From assembly GCA_963730605.1 (NCBI GenBank), contig CAVSSM010000007.1, forward strand, positions 32,001 to 96,000: 64,000 nucleotides of DNA, given 5' to 3'. A model generated the notes under the pieces. The model saw nothing but the letters and a program-made list of their open reading frames with translations, did no database searches and was not told where the DNA came from. A program made the translations under genes and the position numbers. Of the stretch, positions 39,940-50,116 are shown piece by piece. The stretch is from an uncultured Chlamydiae bacterium (GTDB lineage: Bacteria > Chlamydiota > Chlamydiia > Chlamydiales > SM23-39). The first letter of the stretch is position 1, and every line of letters starts with the position of its first letter.

Positions 39940-41196
39940 TCAATTTGAAGAGACCCTCTGAGCGATCCATTTCCAATGATCGACAAATGCGCTGATATCA
40001 TCTTGTGTGTGCGCAGCAGAAATCTGTACGCGAATCTCATCGCGCCCCTTCGGAACTACGGGATAGTTGATATTGGTCACCAAAATCCCCTTTTCAAATA
40101 GTCCTTCTTTGAACACGGCTGTTTTACCGGCATCCCCAAGGAGAATTGGCTGAATCGGATGCGTCGAATGCGCTGCAAAAGTACAGCCCGCTCTTTCCAT
40201 CTCCTTTTGAAAATGCTCTCGGTTATGCACGAGTTGAGCGAGCAGCTTCTCTCCAGCGCTCGTCTGCATAAGTTCTATGGAAGCCAGAGCAGCTCCTGCC
40301 GTTCCTGGAGAAATGGAATTGGAATAGATATAGGTCGCAGCAGACTCGCGCAAATAATCGATGACAGTCTGATCCGCTGCGACATAGCCGCCATCGGCTC
40401 CGAAAGCTTTTCCCAGTGTACCGATGAGGAGATCTGCCTTTGCATGATATACTTCTTCCACGCCACGGCCAGTTTTGCCAAAAGCTCCAACTCCATGCGC
40501 ATCGTCTACGACAAGCCAAACTCCTTCAGCAAAATGATCGTTATGCGCATCGATCACTTGGCGCATCTTTTTTAGATCCTGAGCTTCTCCGAGCATGGAA
40601 AAAATGCCGTCTGTCACAACGATAACGCGTTGAAACGCCCCTCTATTCTCTGATAAAATTCGGTCTAGATCATTTAGATCTAGATGATTAAAAAGAGATC
40701 GCTGCTCTTTTGGCAAGTTTGCGACGCGAATGCCGTCGATGATGCTCCTATGATTCAGCGCATCGGAGGCGACCAGTGTATTGCCACTGATAACAGAATC
40801 AGCCGCTTGTCCTTTAATCAAACAGAATAGCACCGCGAGATTGGCCGCAAAGGCGCTGGAAAAGACCATGGCATCATCACGTCCATGAAAGGAGGCGATT
40901 GCACGCTCTAAATCGCGATGCACTTTAAGTGTGCCAGAGATAAAGCGAACGGCTCCTGGGCCTGTCCCGAATTCTTCCGAAGCAGCATGCTCGGCAGCTT
41001 TGAGGTCCGGATGAAAACGCAATCCGAGATAATCATTCGAGTTAAAGACGCGGTAGCATTTGCCATCAATCAGCGCTTGAGGAGAAGGTCTTTTGGTAAA
41101 ACCCTCGATCACTTTTTCAAAACGTTTGGGTGTCTTCGCCTGCCCGATGCGAGCGAGTTCTTTGCGAAGAGTTTCGATGAAATTCCTTTTACTCAT
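39940..41196 (-). CDS. kbl: 2-amino-3-ketobutyrate CoA ligase (class II PLP enzyme)
   Basis: SNDYLGL, VRFISGT, NHRSIIDG, DDAHG, TLGKA; coupled to the Tdh-like gene. Confidence 0.85.
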   Translation of the reverse strand: MSKRNFIETLRKELARIGQAKTPKRFEKVIEGFTKRPSPQALIDGKCYRVFNSNDYLGLRFHPDLKAAEHAASEEFGTGPGAVRFISGTLKVHRDLERAIASFHGRDDAMVFSSAFAANLAVLFCLIKGQAADSVISGNTLVASDALNHRSIIDGIRVANLPKEQRSLFNHLDLNDLDRILSENRGAFQRVIVVTDGIFSMLGEAQDLKKMRQVIDAHNDHFAEGVWLVVDDAHGVGAFGKTGRGVEEVYHAKADLLIGTLGKAFGADGGYVAADQTVIDYLRESAATYIYSNSISPGTAGAALASIELMQTSAGEKLLAQLVHNREHFQKEMERAGCTFAAHSTHPIQPILLGDAGKTAVFKEGLFEKGILVTNINYPVVPKGRDEIRVQISAAHTQDDISAFVDHWKWIAQRVSSN

Positions 41197-42152
41197 GCCA
41201 ATTTTACTCTTATTTGCTCGTACATGATTTCAGTGAGCTTTTTTAAGTTATAGGAGTAAGACCAGCCCCAATCTTTGCGCGCCTGCGAATCATCGATTGA
41301 TCGAGGCCAAGAATCGGCGATCTTCTGACGGCTATCTGGCTGATAGTCGCAGGTAAAACGGGGGTTATGTCGTTTTATCTCTTCAACGAGATCTTCCGGC
41401 GCGAAATGGATTGCAGAGAAATTATAACTCGTCCGGATCGAAATACTCTCTCTGGGCGCCTCCATGAGTTTGATGGTACCTTGAATCGCATCGTCCATGT
41501 ACATCATGGGAAGAATCGTCCCTCGATCGATGTAGGACACATAGCGACTCTGCTGAATTGCTCCATAAAAGATGTGAATTGCATATTCCGTTGTGCCATC
41601 TCCGGGAGGTGCCTTGTAGCCGAGAATACCAGGATAACGCAGACTCCGTACGTCTACTCCAAACCTTGTAAAAAAGTACTGACATAAGAGCTCCCCTGCG
41701 ACCTTATTGACCCCATACATTGTCTTGGGCTCCATGATTGTATGTTGAGGGACATGTTCCTTAGGAGTCGTTGGGCCAAATACTGCGATGGAACTAGGCC
41801 AGAAAACCTTGAATTGATGATGAACGGCCAAGTTCAAGACATTACGTAATCCGTTGACATTCACATCCCAAGCGAGCTCAGGATCCTTTTCTCCCCCTGC
41901 TGAGAGAATCCCTGCAAGGTGATATACTTCTGTAATCTGATATTTTTTGATGAGAAATTCAAGTTTATCGCGGTCGCGCACATCCCCTAACTCCAGAATC
42001 CCCTGAAAAGTGGACTCTGCATCATACTGTCTTAAGGCGACCACGCCCTCTTCGCCAATCTTTTTCTGTAGTGCAAGGACAAGATCCGTGCCCATGAGCC
42101 CAGCTGCACCAGTCACTAGGATTTTTCTTACCGGCAACAGTCGTATCCCCAT
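41193..42152 (-). CDS. tdh: L-threonine 3-dehydrogenase (SDR/epimerase type)
   Basis: GAAGLMG, PSSIAVFGP, YGVNK, PGDGTTEY, LPMMYM, RQ.IADSWP. Confidence 0.85.
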   Translation of the reverse strand: MGIRLLPVRKILVTGAAGLMGTDLVLALQKKIGEEGVVALRQYDAESTFQGILELGDVRDRDKLEFLIKKYQITEVYHLAGILSAGGEKDPELAWDVNVNGLRNVLNLAVHHQFKVFWPSSIAVFGPTTPKEHVPQHTIMEPKTMYGVNKVAGELLCQYFFTRFGVDVRSLRYPGILGYKAPPGDGTTEYAIHIFYGAIQQSRYVSYIDRGTILPMMYMDDAIQGTIKLMEAPRESISIRTSYNFSAIHFAPEDLVEEIKRHNPRFTCDYQPDSRQKIADSWPRSIDDSQARKDWGWSYSYNLKKLTEIMYEQIRVKLA

Positions 42153-42395
42153 TATAATCCAAGACAATAGAGTAATCAGAATTGTATGGAAAGAGGATTC
42201 TTTTAGCGGATTGCTTTTTTGAGATCCTCCTCGACTTTGTACAATTTTTGGCGAGCAGATCCAGAGGAAGCGCTCTGCAATTTTTTTCTTTTTTTGCGAA
42301 ATTCATAGCCGAAGGCGCTATTTATGAGTAAAAAAAGGAAAAAAGGGCCAGCGATTCTCTCGGAGATGCCGTCACAAAATTGTACAAAGTCGAGC

Positions 42396-42954
42396 TTACC
42401 ACTTACAGTCGTAAACGTCGTTGCACAATTGGTTGCCCCATACATCTGCGGAAGTGCAGTCTGTTCGAATCCAGTGGCAATCTCTGGAAATGGAAACTGC
42501 AGCTGTGGCCACGCAGATCACAACAATAGCTGCAAGTACAACGGCAGTGATGACGGCGTCCCAGCTGTGGCCACGCAGATCACAACAATAGCTGCAAGTA
42601 CAACGCCAGTGATGACGGCGTCCCAGCTGTGGCCACGCAGATCACAACAATAGCTGCAAGTACAACGCCAGTGATGACGGCGTCCCGTTTCCATCCTTTC
42701 TTATCGCGGACGATCACTGCAGGTGAGTCATCCACAATGACGGTTGGCGAACGGCGCACGACAACTGGGGGCGGGGAGATTACGGCCGGTGAATAATAGG
42801 GATTGTAGAATGACGGACCCCAGGATTGACGGATATAACTTGGGCCCGTTCGGATTACCCGCGTCGTGCAAGGAGAAGGAGCGCAGGTGGGAGGACAGAT
42901 TGGGGGGGATGGACGAGTAGATTTTCTATAAGTTGAACCTCGTACTTCAGGCAT
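42396..42954 (-). pseudogene. Pro-rich single-TM protein frameshifted by a 62-bp triplication (144 aa with one copy)
   Basis: With one repeat unit the frame reads through to ...CNDVYDCKW stop. Confidence 0.75.
42500..42685. repeat. Tandem repeat, 3 x 62 bp
   Basis: Units start at 42500, 42562 and 42624; one mismatch. Confidence 0.95.
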
Positions 42955-43070
42955 TTTGATCTCCTAGATTTGGCTAATGTTATACAGGGGTTTATTATCA
43001 TTTTGCAAGAGCAGGCAACTTGCATATTAAAATTTTGAGTTGATTTTTTGGCTATTGTGATCGGCATGAC

Positions 43071-44430
43071 TGAGGTGGTCCCAAGCGTCAAGACCAAAAA
43101 TCGCAAAAGCTAAGCTAATAACCTCGGGTTGCTAAAACTCTCTTTGTGGACTCCCAAGGCCCTATCGATGGGGCTAGAGCACAGTGCCCTTTGACCACCG
43201 AAGGAAGGAAACCAGATCCCCTCATGGGTGGATCGCGCGCGGCGGCAATCCAATCTACCTTTCAAAATAGACCTCCGCCGATGTCCGATACTCAAACCCC
43301 TGATGAGGCCGTTTCTCGTTATAAAAGTCGAAATACTTTTTCAGCCCTTGCCGAACTTCTTTCAGGCATTCATATCCTTTCGGATAGATGTCCTCATATT
43401 TCACGCTCCTCCAGAGCCTCTCGACGAACACATTGTCCAATGCCCTGCCCTTACTGATCTTGATCCCATTATTCTCAAGCCTTCCGGTAAATTGATTGCT
43501 CGTGAACTGCACCCCCTGATCCGTATTGAAAATCTCAGGCTTTTTCTTCAAAAGTCCTCTCTCTAAAGCCTCCATACAAAAATCGGTATCGAGCAGATTG
43601 GAGAGCTCCCACGCGATCACGTATCGGCTGAACCAGTCGATTATCGCAAAAAGATACCCGAACCCGGCCAGCAGAGGAATATAAGTGATATCCCCAGCCC
43701 AGGCCTGATCGGGATGGTCAACAACAAGATCTCTCAGCAGATAGGGAAACTTTTTATGTTCCTTGTTCGCTGTGCTCAAATTCGGCTTCGGATAAATGGC
43801 CTCCAATCCCATCACCTGCATCGCGGTTCTGACTCTCTTTTGGCCTACGAAAAATCCTTGTGATTTCATCGCTACTGTCATCCGCCGCCGCCGGTAATAG
43901 GGATGCTGAAGATACTCCTCATCGATCGCACGCATGAGTAGCAAAGCCCCTTCTGAAGGGTTTCTTGGCTCATAGTATAACCTTGAGCGGCCAACGTCGA
44001 GAAGTTCACACTGCTCCCTCTTGGAGAATCTGGCATTTTGTGACTCAATGAGGGCGCGTCGGTCATTCAGGTCAAAGTCCCCAATTTTTTTTTTAAGCCA
44101 CTCGATCTCCATCTTAAGACGACCGATTTGTTCAAACAGCTCGGCCTTCTCTTTCGCCTCTTCACTCGTCTTAGAGGCTTTTCTGGGCTTTTCAAAAATC
44201 TGAACCCCCATCTCTAAGAAATGCTTTTTCTAATCGGAGAGCACTATGGGGTGTACCCCAAATTCTCCAGCGAGCTGCGTTGCCGTTTTCTCTCCCTTCA
44301 AGACTTCCATCACCACCTTGAGCTTGAACTCAGGCGAATGCTTCCTCCGAATCCGGGTCATTTTTCTGCCTCCATTTCTTCGGAGGTTATTAGCTTAGAC
44401 AGTGGTCCGAATTTTTGGGACCATTATACA
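43071..44430 (-). mobile_element. Degenerate IS3-family element
   Basis: Ends TG...TGGTCCCAA...GACCA; orfA starts at 44361 with a premature TAG at ~44230; orfB motifs DITYI, NTDQG and ERLWRS. Confidence 0.85.
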
Positions 44431-44481
44431 ACGCCATCTTGAGAGAAAAACCACATTCTGGTTAAATCGATAACCTCAAGA

Positions 44482-44776
44482 GTTAATCCATGGGTCGCAA
44501 GTTATACCGCTCCCGCTCAAAAAGTGTGAAAAATGCCACTGCGAAATCATAAAAAAGGTCCTTGAATGGATCTTTTTTATGCGAAGCGGCGCCCTGAATT
44601 TGAGCCAGACAAAGTCGGCGCCGAAGCAGCCGAACTTGAAAAGTTTAGCGCCGGGGTCCCCGAAGACGCAGCGTCTTTGGGGTGGGGTGCAGGCGGGTCT
44701 CAAATTCAGTGGCTGCCTGACGCTGGCAGATTCACACTTTTTGAGCGGGAGCGGTATAGAATCTTGCACCCGGACT
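44482..44776 (+). other. Second, degenerate tRNA-Asn 3' fragment (att site) interrupted by a MITE
   Basis: GTTAATCCATGGGTCGCAAGT-TA-[MITE]-GAATCTTGCACCCGGA matches 24008-24045. Confidence 0.8.
44505..44756. mobile_element. IS630-type MITE (copy B)
   Basis: Perfect TIR TACCGCTCCCGCTCAAAAAGTGTGAA, TA duplication, core shared with copies A and C. Confidence 0.88.
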
Positions 44777-44836
44777 CTTATGAAAAAATAGGAAAAAAAA
44801 GATCTCAAAACCGAAAATTTTAGAAAAAAGGATCTT

Positions 44837-45379
44837 ATGCGAGTAATGAAAATCATCGGTTGCTTAGTTCTGGTTGTCGCGGCGCTCTTCATTTTCGGTG
44901 GGTGGCTCATCCCCAAAGAGTGGTCGGTATCTCGCTCAATAACAATTCAGGCCGCCCCAGAGCAAATTTTTCCTTATGTCAATGATTTTCAGGAGTGGCA
45001 TAAGTGGTCTCCATGGAATGAGTCAAAAGACCCTTCTTTAAAATACACCTATTCAGGTCCAGCGACGGGCCCAAATGCCAAACAGTTATGGACAAGCGAT
45101 GAGATGGGACAGGGTTGGATGCAAATGACCACTTCAGGTCAACAAATGGGCGTTGCTTACGATCTTTTCATCGACATGCAAGGAAAGCAGTCGAACTTAT
45201 CCGGAAATCTCCTCTTCAAAAAAATGGCAAATGGAACGGAAGTGACTTGGACGGATCATGGAAATTCCGGCAAAAGTTGGATGAATCGTTGGATGAGTCT
45301 CATCATCCAATCGATGCTAGGAGATGAGCTTGAGATAGGCCTTGCTTCGCTAAAGACTCTAGTGGAAAGCAGTAGGTAA
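44837..45379 (+). CDS. SRPBCC/polyketide cyclase-family protein
   Basis: VSRSITI.A.PE.IF...W.KWSPW; GTEVTW. Confidence 0.85.
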   Translation: MRVMKIIGCLVLVVAALFIFGGWLIPKEWSVSRSITIQAAPEQIFPYVNDFQEWHKWSPWNESKDPSLKYTYSGPATGPNAKQLWTSDEMGQGWMQMTTSGQQMGVAYDLFIDMQGKQSNLSGNLLFKKMANGTEVTWTDHGNSGKSWMNRWMSLIIQSMLGDELEIGLASLKTLVESSR

Positions 45380-45473
45380 AAAGCTCCTCCTTGCCAACTT
45401 CACGATTCTTCATGTTATTTGAGAATGTTTCAGTAAAATATTAATTACTATTTACCTAAATAAATATTCTATA

Positions 45474-45501
45474 TTGACATTTTTATTTCATTTGTTATAA
45501 T
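45474..45501 (+). promoter_or_regulatory. Consensus sigma70-type promoter
   Basis: TTGACA-16-TATAAT with extended TG. Confidence 0.7.
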
Positions 45502-45534
45502 GATTAGGTCTTAGTAAAAAAAAAGATATCGCCA

Positions 45535-46443
45535 ATGAGTGCAAGTCTGGTTAAAAGTTACGAAAGACCTCTGACAGTTCGAGGAAGCATCGCATCGGAC
45601 AAAGCCAAAGCGCGCCATCTTAAATCGAAAGATTTAACCAATTTGGATGCTCGAGTAAACGGTCTTTCCTCAAAAGCAAATCTCCTCCCTTCGTGGGTAA
45701 AACCGGCTTGTTATACAGCTCTTGCCATAACCGGACTTGGAGCTATGGCTCTTATCGGGATAAGTATTTCTCAACCATCCCCTTCCCCACCGCTGCCGCC
45801 TACCACCATAAAATCAACGGTATTTGGAGATATCGAAGTGCAAACATTAAGCGAGACGCCCCGGATCTATCGGCTGCCGAATTTTCTTTCGAACGGGGAA
45901 TGTGAACACCTGATCGATCTTGCGAAAGACTCTCTGACCCCCTCGATGGTGGTCGATAATAATGATCAGAGCGGGAATGGAATATTGAGCCCCGCGCGGA
46001 CGAGCAAGGGGTATTTCCTGGAAGAGAAAGATCGGGATGAGACGGTGCGAAAGATCGAAAAACTGATCGCGGAGGTCACAGGGATGCCGGTTGAAAACGG
46101 CGAACCGCTTCACGTCCTCCGGTATCCATTAAAGGGCGAATACCAGCCTCACCACGACTATTTTGATGCCCATTCGGATGGAGGCAAAGCGGCCTTGAAT
46201 CGGGGAGGGCAACGGGAAGTAACCGTCATCATGTATCTCAATACCCCGCAAAAAGGGGGAGAGACGAGCTTTCCGAAAACGTCCGTACAACCAGTCACTG
46301 CAAAAAAAGGCGACGCGGTTTTCTTCCATAATGTCCTGCCGAGCGGCGTGGAAGATCTATTGACCCTCCATGCTGGCAATCCTGTCCTTGAAGGAGAAAA
46401 ATGGATTGCGACTCGATGGATCCGCAAAAATAGCTTCTCTTAA
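45535..46443 (+). CDS. Prolyl 4-hydroxylase-like 2OG-Fe(II) oxygenase with a TM anchor
   Basis: NFLS..EC, RTS, Y.PHHDYF, GGETSFP, LHAG.PV..GEKW. Confidence 0.9.
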   Translation: MSASLVKSYERPLTVRGSIASDKAKARHLKSKDLTNLDARVNGLSSKANLLPSWVKPACYTALAITGLGAMALIGISISQPSPSPPLPPTTIKSTVFGDIEVQTLSETPRIYRLPNFLSNGECEHLIDLAKDSLTPSMVVDNNDQSGNGILSPARTSKGYFLEEKDRDETVRKIEKLIAEVTGMPVENGEPLHVLRYPLKGEYQPHHDYFDAHSDGGKAALNRGGQREVTVIMYLNTPQKGGETSFPKTSVQPVTAKKGDAVFFHNVLPSGVEDLLTLHAGNPVLEGEKWIATRWIRKNSFS

Positions 46444-46499
46444 GAGACCCACACAGAATGTTGACTGAGAATGCATAGCCTGGCAGGATATCGCTTCCT

Positions 46500-46814
46500 T
46501 TATAATGGTCTCAAAAATTCCGACCACTGTCTAAACTTATAACCTTCATGAAAATGGAGGTCAAAAATGACCCGGATACGAAGGAAGCATTCGCCTGAGT
46601 TCAAGCTCAAGGCTGTAATGGAGATTTTGAAGGGAGAAAAAACGGCAACTCAATTGGCTGGCGAACTTGGCGTACACCCTATGGCTCTCTCTGATTGGAA
46701 AAAGCATTTTCTAGAGGTGGGGGTTCAAATTTTTGAAAAACCCAGAAAGGCTTCTAAGATAAGTGAAGAATCAAGAGAAAAAGCTGAGCTGTTTGAACAG
46801 ATCGGCCGTCTGAA
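46500..46814 (+). mobile_element. IS3-family remnant (left end and orfA)
   Basis: Similar to the end and orfA of 43071-44430; truncated. Confidence 0.8.
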
Positions 46815-47080
46815 AAGAGCCAAGGAGAATCGTTCGATTGTTCACAGGGGATTAAAAACCAAGGCTTTGCTCCTGGGTAGGGGAATCCTTCCGTATATTT
46901 CCTGAGATAGTTCTCTCCAGCAAGTGTTGGTTTTACGAACAGTTGATCATCGCACACCAATGCGACCATTTTCCCATTGCAATAGACTCCATATTCGCCA
47001 AACATCTTTTTAGCAACGACCGCTCCTGCGTCGGCAATTTGTTTAAGTATGAAATTAATCGTAATTTGTTTGGATGACAT
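46754..47080 (-). CDS. TfoX N-terminal domain protein, 3' end replaced by the IS3 remnant
   Basis: KKMFGEYGVY..GK..ALVCDDQLFVK; PYPGAK. Confidence 0.8.
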   Translation of the reverse strand: MSSKQITINFILKQIADAGAVVAKKMFGEYGVYCNGKMVALVCDDQLFVKPTLAGENYLRKYTEGFPYPGAKPWFLIPCEQSNDSPWLFSDGRSVQTAQLFLLILHLS

Positions 47081-47184
47081 AAGTTTCACTTAAAGGAAAA
47101 ATTTTCCTTGGCCAACCGTGGGAGCTCTGCTCCTTTACGCTTGCCGCTCCTCGTTTCCCTGTGTTATTCTTGGCTTATTCCCTC

Positions 47185-47751
47185 ATGAACGAACAGGTTA
47201 TACTTACTACAGACCGGCTGGTTTTGCGTCCGTGGACTCAAAGTGATCTTGAGCCTTTGGCGGCTATGAATGCCGATTCTAGAGTGATGGAGTATTTTCC
47301 TGGAATCAAAAGTCATGCCGAGAGCGAAAAAGAGATGAAATCCCTACAGGAACATATCGAAAAATATGGGTGGGGTTTTTGGGCGGCCTCTCTGAGTGGG
47401 ACAGGACAGTGGATTGGATTGATTGGATTAAAGCATGCGAGTATTGCAGCCCATTTTACTCCGGCTATCGAAGTCGGCTGGAGGCTTAGCCAGCCATTTT
47501 GGGGAAAGGGATACGCGACGGAAGGGGCCCGCGCCTCCTTGAAATACGGATTCGAGGTCCTACGAAAGGTTCCCGAGATCGTCTCGTATACCCCAACCCG
47601 AAACATCCCTTCCAGACGCGTCATGGGAAGGATCGGGATGCGCCATGATCCAAAGGATGATTTTGACCATCCGAGATTGCCTGTAGGCCATCCATTGAGA
47701 CGGCATGTTTTATATCGACTAAAGAGTGCAGAATGGAAGGTTCTCGCTTGA
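47185..47751 (+). CDS. GNAT N-acetyltransferase (RimJ/RimL-like)
   Basis: T.RL.LR, EVGWRL...WGKGYATE, N.PS.RVM. Confidence 0.9.
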   Translation: MNEQVILTTDRLVLRPWTQSDLEPLAAMNADSRVMEYFPGIKSHAESEKEMKSLQEHIEKYGWGFWAASLSGTGQWIGLIGLKHASIAAHFTPAIEVGWRLSQPFWGKGYATEGARASLKYGFEVLRKVPEIVSYTPTRNIPSRRVMGRIGMRHDPKDDFDHPRLPVGHPLRRHVLYRLKSAEWKVLA

Positions 47752-48695
47752 GTGCATTTTCTGTCACACCGTTAACATTTGATCACGCCCCCCTATTGCA
47801 CAAATGGCTGCAAGAGCCTCATGTCATGAAGTTTTGGGATGATGGCGATCGTTCGCTCGAGGATGTGAGAAATCACTACTCTTCTCGATTTTTCCCCAAA
47901 GTCGATGCGATTTTGGGGGCCCCTTCGGATGTCAAATCGTGGATTGCTTCTTTCAATGAGACTCCCTTTGCCTACTTGCAGATCTATTTTGTGACCGAGC
48001 ATCATGAACTCAGCTTCTGGCTTTCGAAAAAGTATACTACGATCGTGCTCGATTTTTTCATTGGGGAACCCTCGTTTTTGGAAAAGGGGCTGGCTATCCC
48101 ATTACTTGAATGTTTTATCGATCAGATACTGAAGGATTATCTGCCCTTCAGGCTGCTTGTCGACCCGAATGTCAATAACGCCAAGGCTGTTCGCATCTAT
48201 GACAAAATGGGATTCGAGGCTCTGGGTGAATTTCAAAATGATGGCAAATCTTACAGAGTTCTGAAGAAAGATTGCAGTAGCCGCTCTGTGCAAATCGTTC
48301 CCTATGATCCAAAGTGGCCAAAAATGTTTGAAGAGGAGGCGTCTCGGATCAAAGAGGTGTTAGACCCAAGCGGCCTATGCGGCTCTCAAAGAGAATTTGG
48401 CAGGGCAGTACAAAGAACACAATGGCATGGCCTATTGCTATGCAAAAACAGAGTTTATCGAAGGCGTGCTCGCAAAAGCAGTCCAAGAGCGTCCTCAGTC
48501 AAAAGGCTAGATGTTGAAAATATAGGGTCTACAACCTTGCGGTTCCTGGAAATTTTCCGCGATCGTCATTTTGCCGATATCTCCCTTGCTCAATGGCTGG
48601 CATTCACTCCAAAGGAACTTGTCGAGGGCCATTTACACATCGATCCATCGATCCTCAAAAGTGTGTCCAAAAGGAAGAGTCCCATCGTCCCTTAA
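47733..48695 (+). pseudogene. Chimeric ORF: GNAT + deleted GrpB-like domain + oxalate decarboxylase C-terminal fragment
   Basis: DP...N.KA...Y.K.GF; IVPYDPKWP..F..E; ENIG...FLEIF...FADISLAQWLA. Confidence 0.65.
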
Positions 48696-48704
48696 ACGCC
48701 TCGC

Positions 48705-48890
48705 CTAGAAATCCAACCGGATTCCGTCGTCGTCATCGTCATCGTCCCTTCTATCCCGCCTCTCATCTCTCTCCCGATCTCGTCTATCCCCTCTATCCCC
48801 GCGGTCTTCGTCTCCAAGAACAGGCTTCGATCCTGTGCTGCAGGAACTGATCAGAAAAAGCCCAAGCATTACTATGATGTTTTTCATCAC
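48705..48890 (-). CDS. Small lipoprotein with an Arg/Asp low-complexity tail
   Basis: Lipobox ISSC; DRRDRERDE...DDDD. Confidence 0.5.
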   Translation of the reverse strand: MMKNIIVMLGLFLISSCSTGSKPVLGDEDRGDRGDRRDRERDERRDRRDDDDDDDGIRLDF

Positions 48891-49013
48891 TACCTCTCTA
48901 AATTGCTATGTAGGGTGCCCGGATATATTCTTCAAGAGTCCAGGGGACGCCGTTAGATTTTTTATTGAAAAAAAATCTCCCCATTCTCATACTCGCCTTC
49001 CATTAAGGGTGAG

Positions 49014-50057
49014 GTGGTTATGGTTGGTTCATTGAAGAGGTTGATCGGGGCATTGGGTATTTTGTGCGGCCTTCATATGAGCGCATTGGAAAGCGAGAAC
49101 TATGCGTTGGACGTCATCTCCTATGAGGACTTTGTGAAAGACGATCCAATGGCCCTGAATATTTTGAAGGGGGCTCTCTACAAAAATGGCATTGTCGGGA
49201 TCAGAGGCATTCCGGGCTTTAGGGAGAAACTCTCCCGTTTCATCGATGCGGCGAGTGGATTTACAGCCCTACCCGAACGAGTCAAGGAAAGCTATGCCCC
49301 GAATCACGACCTCGGAGAGACGTTTCTTGGCTATGAAATGGGCAAAGAGAAGTTCAAGCGCCCCGATGGCAGATGGGTCGTCGATGATCTTAAAACCTCT
49401 TATTATGCGTTCGTTCCAGACAGTCCGCTCAACAAATGGCCGAGGGAAGTTGATTTGAGAGCTCCAATGGAGGATCTCGGAGGCCTCATGTCCGAGATGG
49501 GCGAAGCCGTAATGCAGAAAATCGGGCTATCGGGGCGCGGCGCTCTCGTCGTCACCGAAGATTCCCCTCGCATCGGAAGGATGCTCTACTATCGACTAAA
49601 TGAGAGCGACGCCGAAGAAAACCCCTTTTGGTGCGGAGCCCATTTCGATCACGGCATGTTCACGGCGCTCACTCCCGCCCGTTATTTTGTGGAAGGGGTT
49701 GAAGTGGGAGAACCTGCGGAAGCGGGGCTTTTCGTCAGAAGCTCTAACCAGAGCGAGTTTAAGAAAGTCGCCTCCAACGATCCTGAAGTCCTCCTCTTTC
49801 AAGTGGGAGAGTTTGGCCAGCTGCTTCAAAACGATGCGATACGGGCTACCGAACACAGGGTCCACAAGGCCGCGGAATGGGTCGAGCGCTATGCGATGGC
49901 GCTTTTCTTTGATCCACCGATGGATGCGGTCGTCCATTCCACTTCGGAATTGACCCGGGATACCCGCTACGGAGGAGGTTCTAGCGATCCTTGCACCTAT
50001 CGACACTGGCATGAAGCCTCGTTCAAACGCTACCTCGCGAAGGAAGAAGAGCGTTAG
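49014..50057 (+). CDS. 2OG-Fe(II) oxygenase (isopenicillin N synthase-like)
   Basis: H.DHG.FT, GE..Q, ATEHRV, RYAMALF. Confidence 0.8.
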   Translation: MVMVGSLKRLIGALGILCGLHMSALESENYALDVISYEDFVKDDPMALNILKGALYKNGIVGIRGIPGFREKLSRFIDAASGFTALPERVKESYAPNHDLGETFLGYEMGKEKFKRPDGRWVVDDLKTSYYAFVPDSPLNKWPREVDLRAPMEDLGGLMSEMGEAVMQKIGLSGRGALVVTEDSPRIGRMLYYRLNESDAEENPFWCGAHFDHGMFTALTPARYFVEGVEVGEPAEAGLFVRSSNQSEFKKVASNDPEVLLFQVGEFGQLLQNDAIRATEHRVHKAAEWVERYAMALFFDPPMDAVVHSTSELTRDTRYGGGSSDPCTYRHWHEASFKRYLAKEEER

Positions 50058-50116
50058 AACCTGTCCTTGAGTTTTTTTTCTAAGATTGTCCACGATAGAA
50101 AGAGGGGCTCGCTTTC

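Noticed and set aside
39585..40040. ORFs across the MITEs (also 44476-44916 and 51238-51658)
   Set aside because: Chance open frames in GC-rich repeat DNA on both strands
42500..42685. Possible CRISPR array
   Set aside because: The units are contiguous with no unique spacers, and there are no cas genes in the window
50055..50070. GAACCTGTCC resembling the 170-bp MITE end
   Set aside because: No partner inverted end was found nearby
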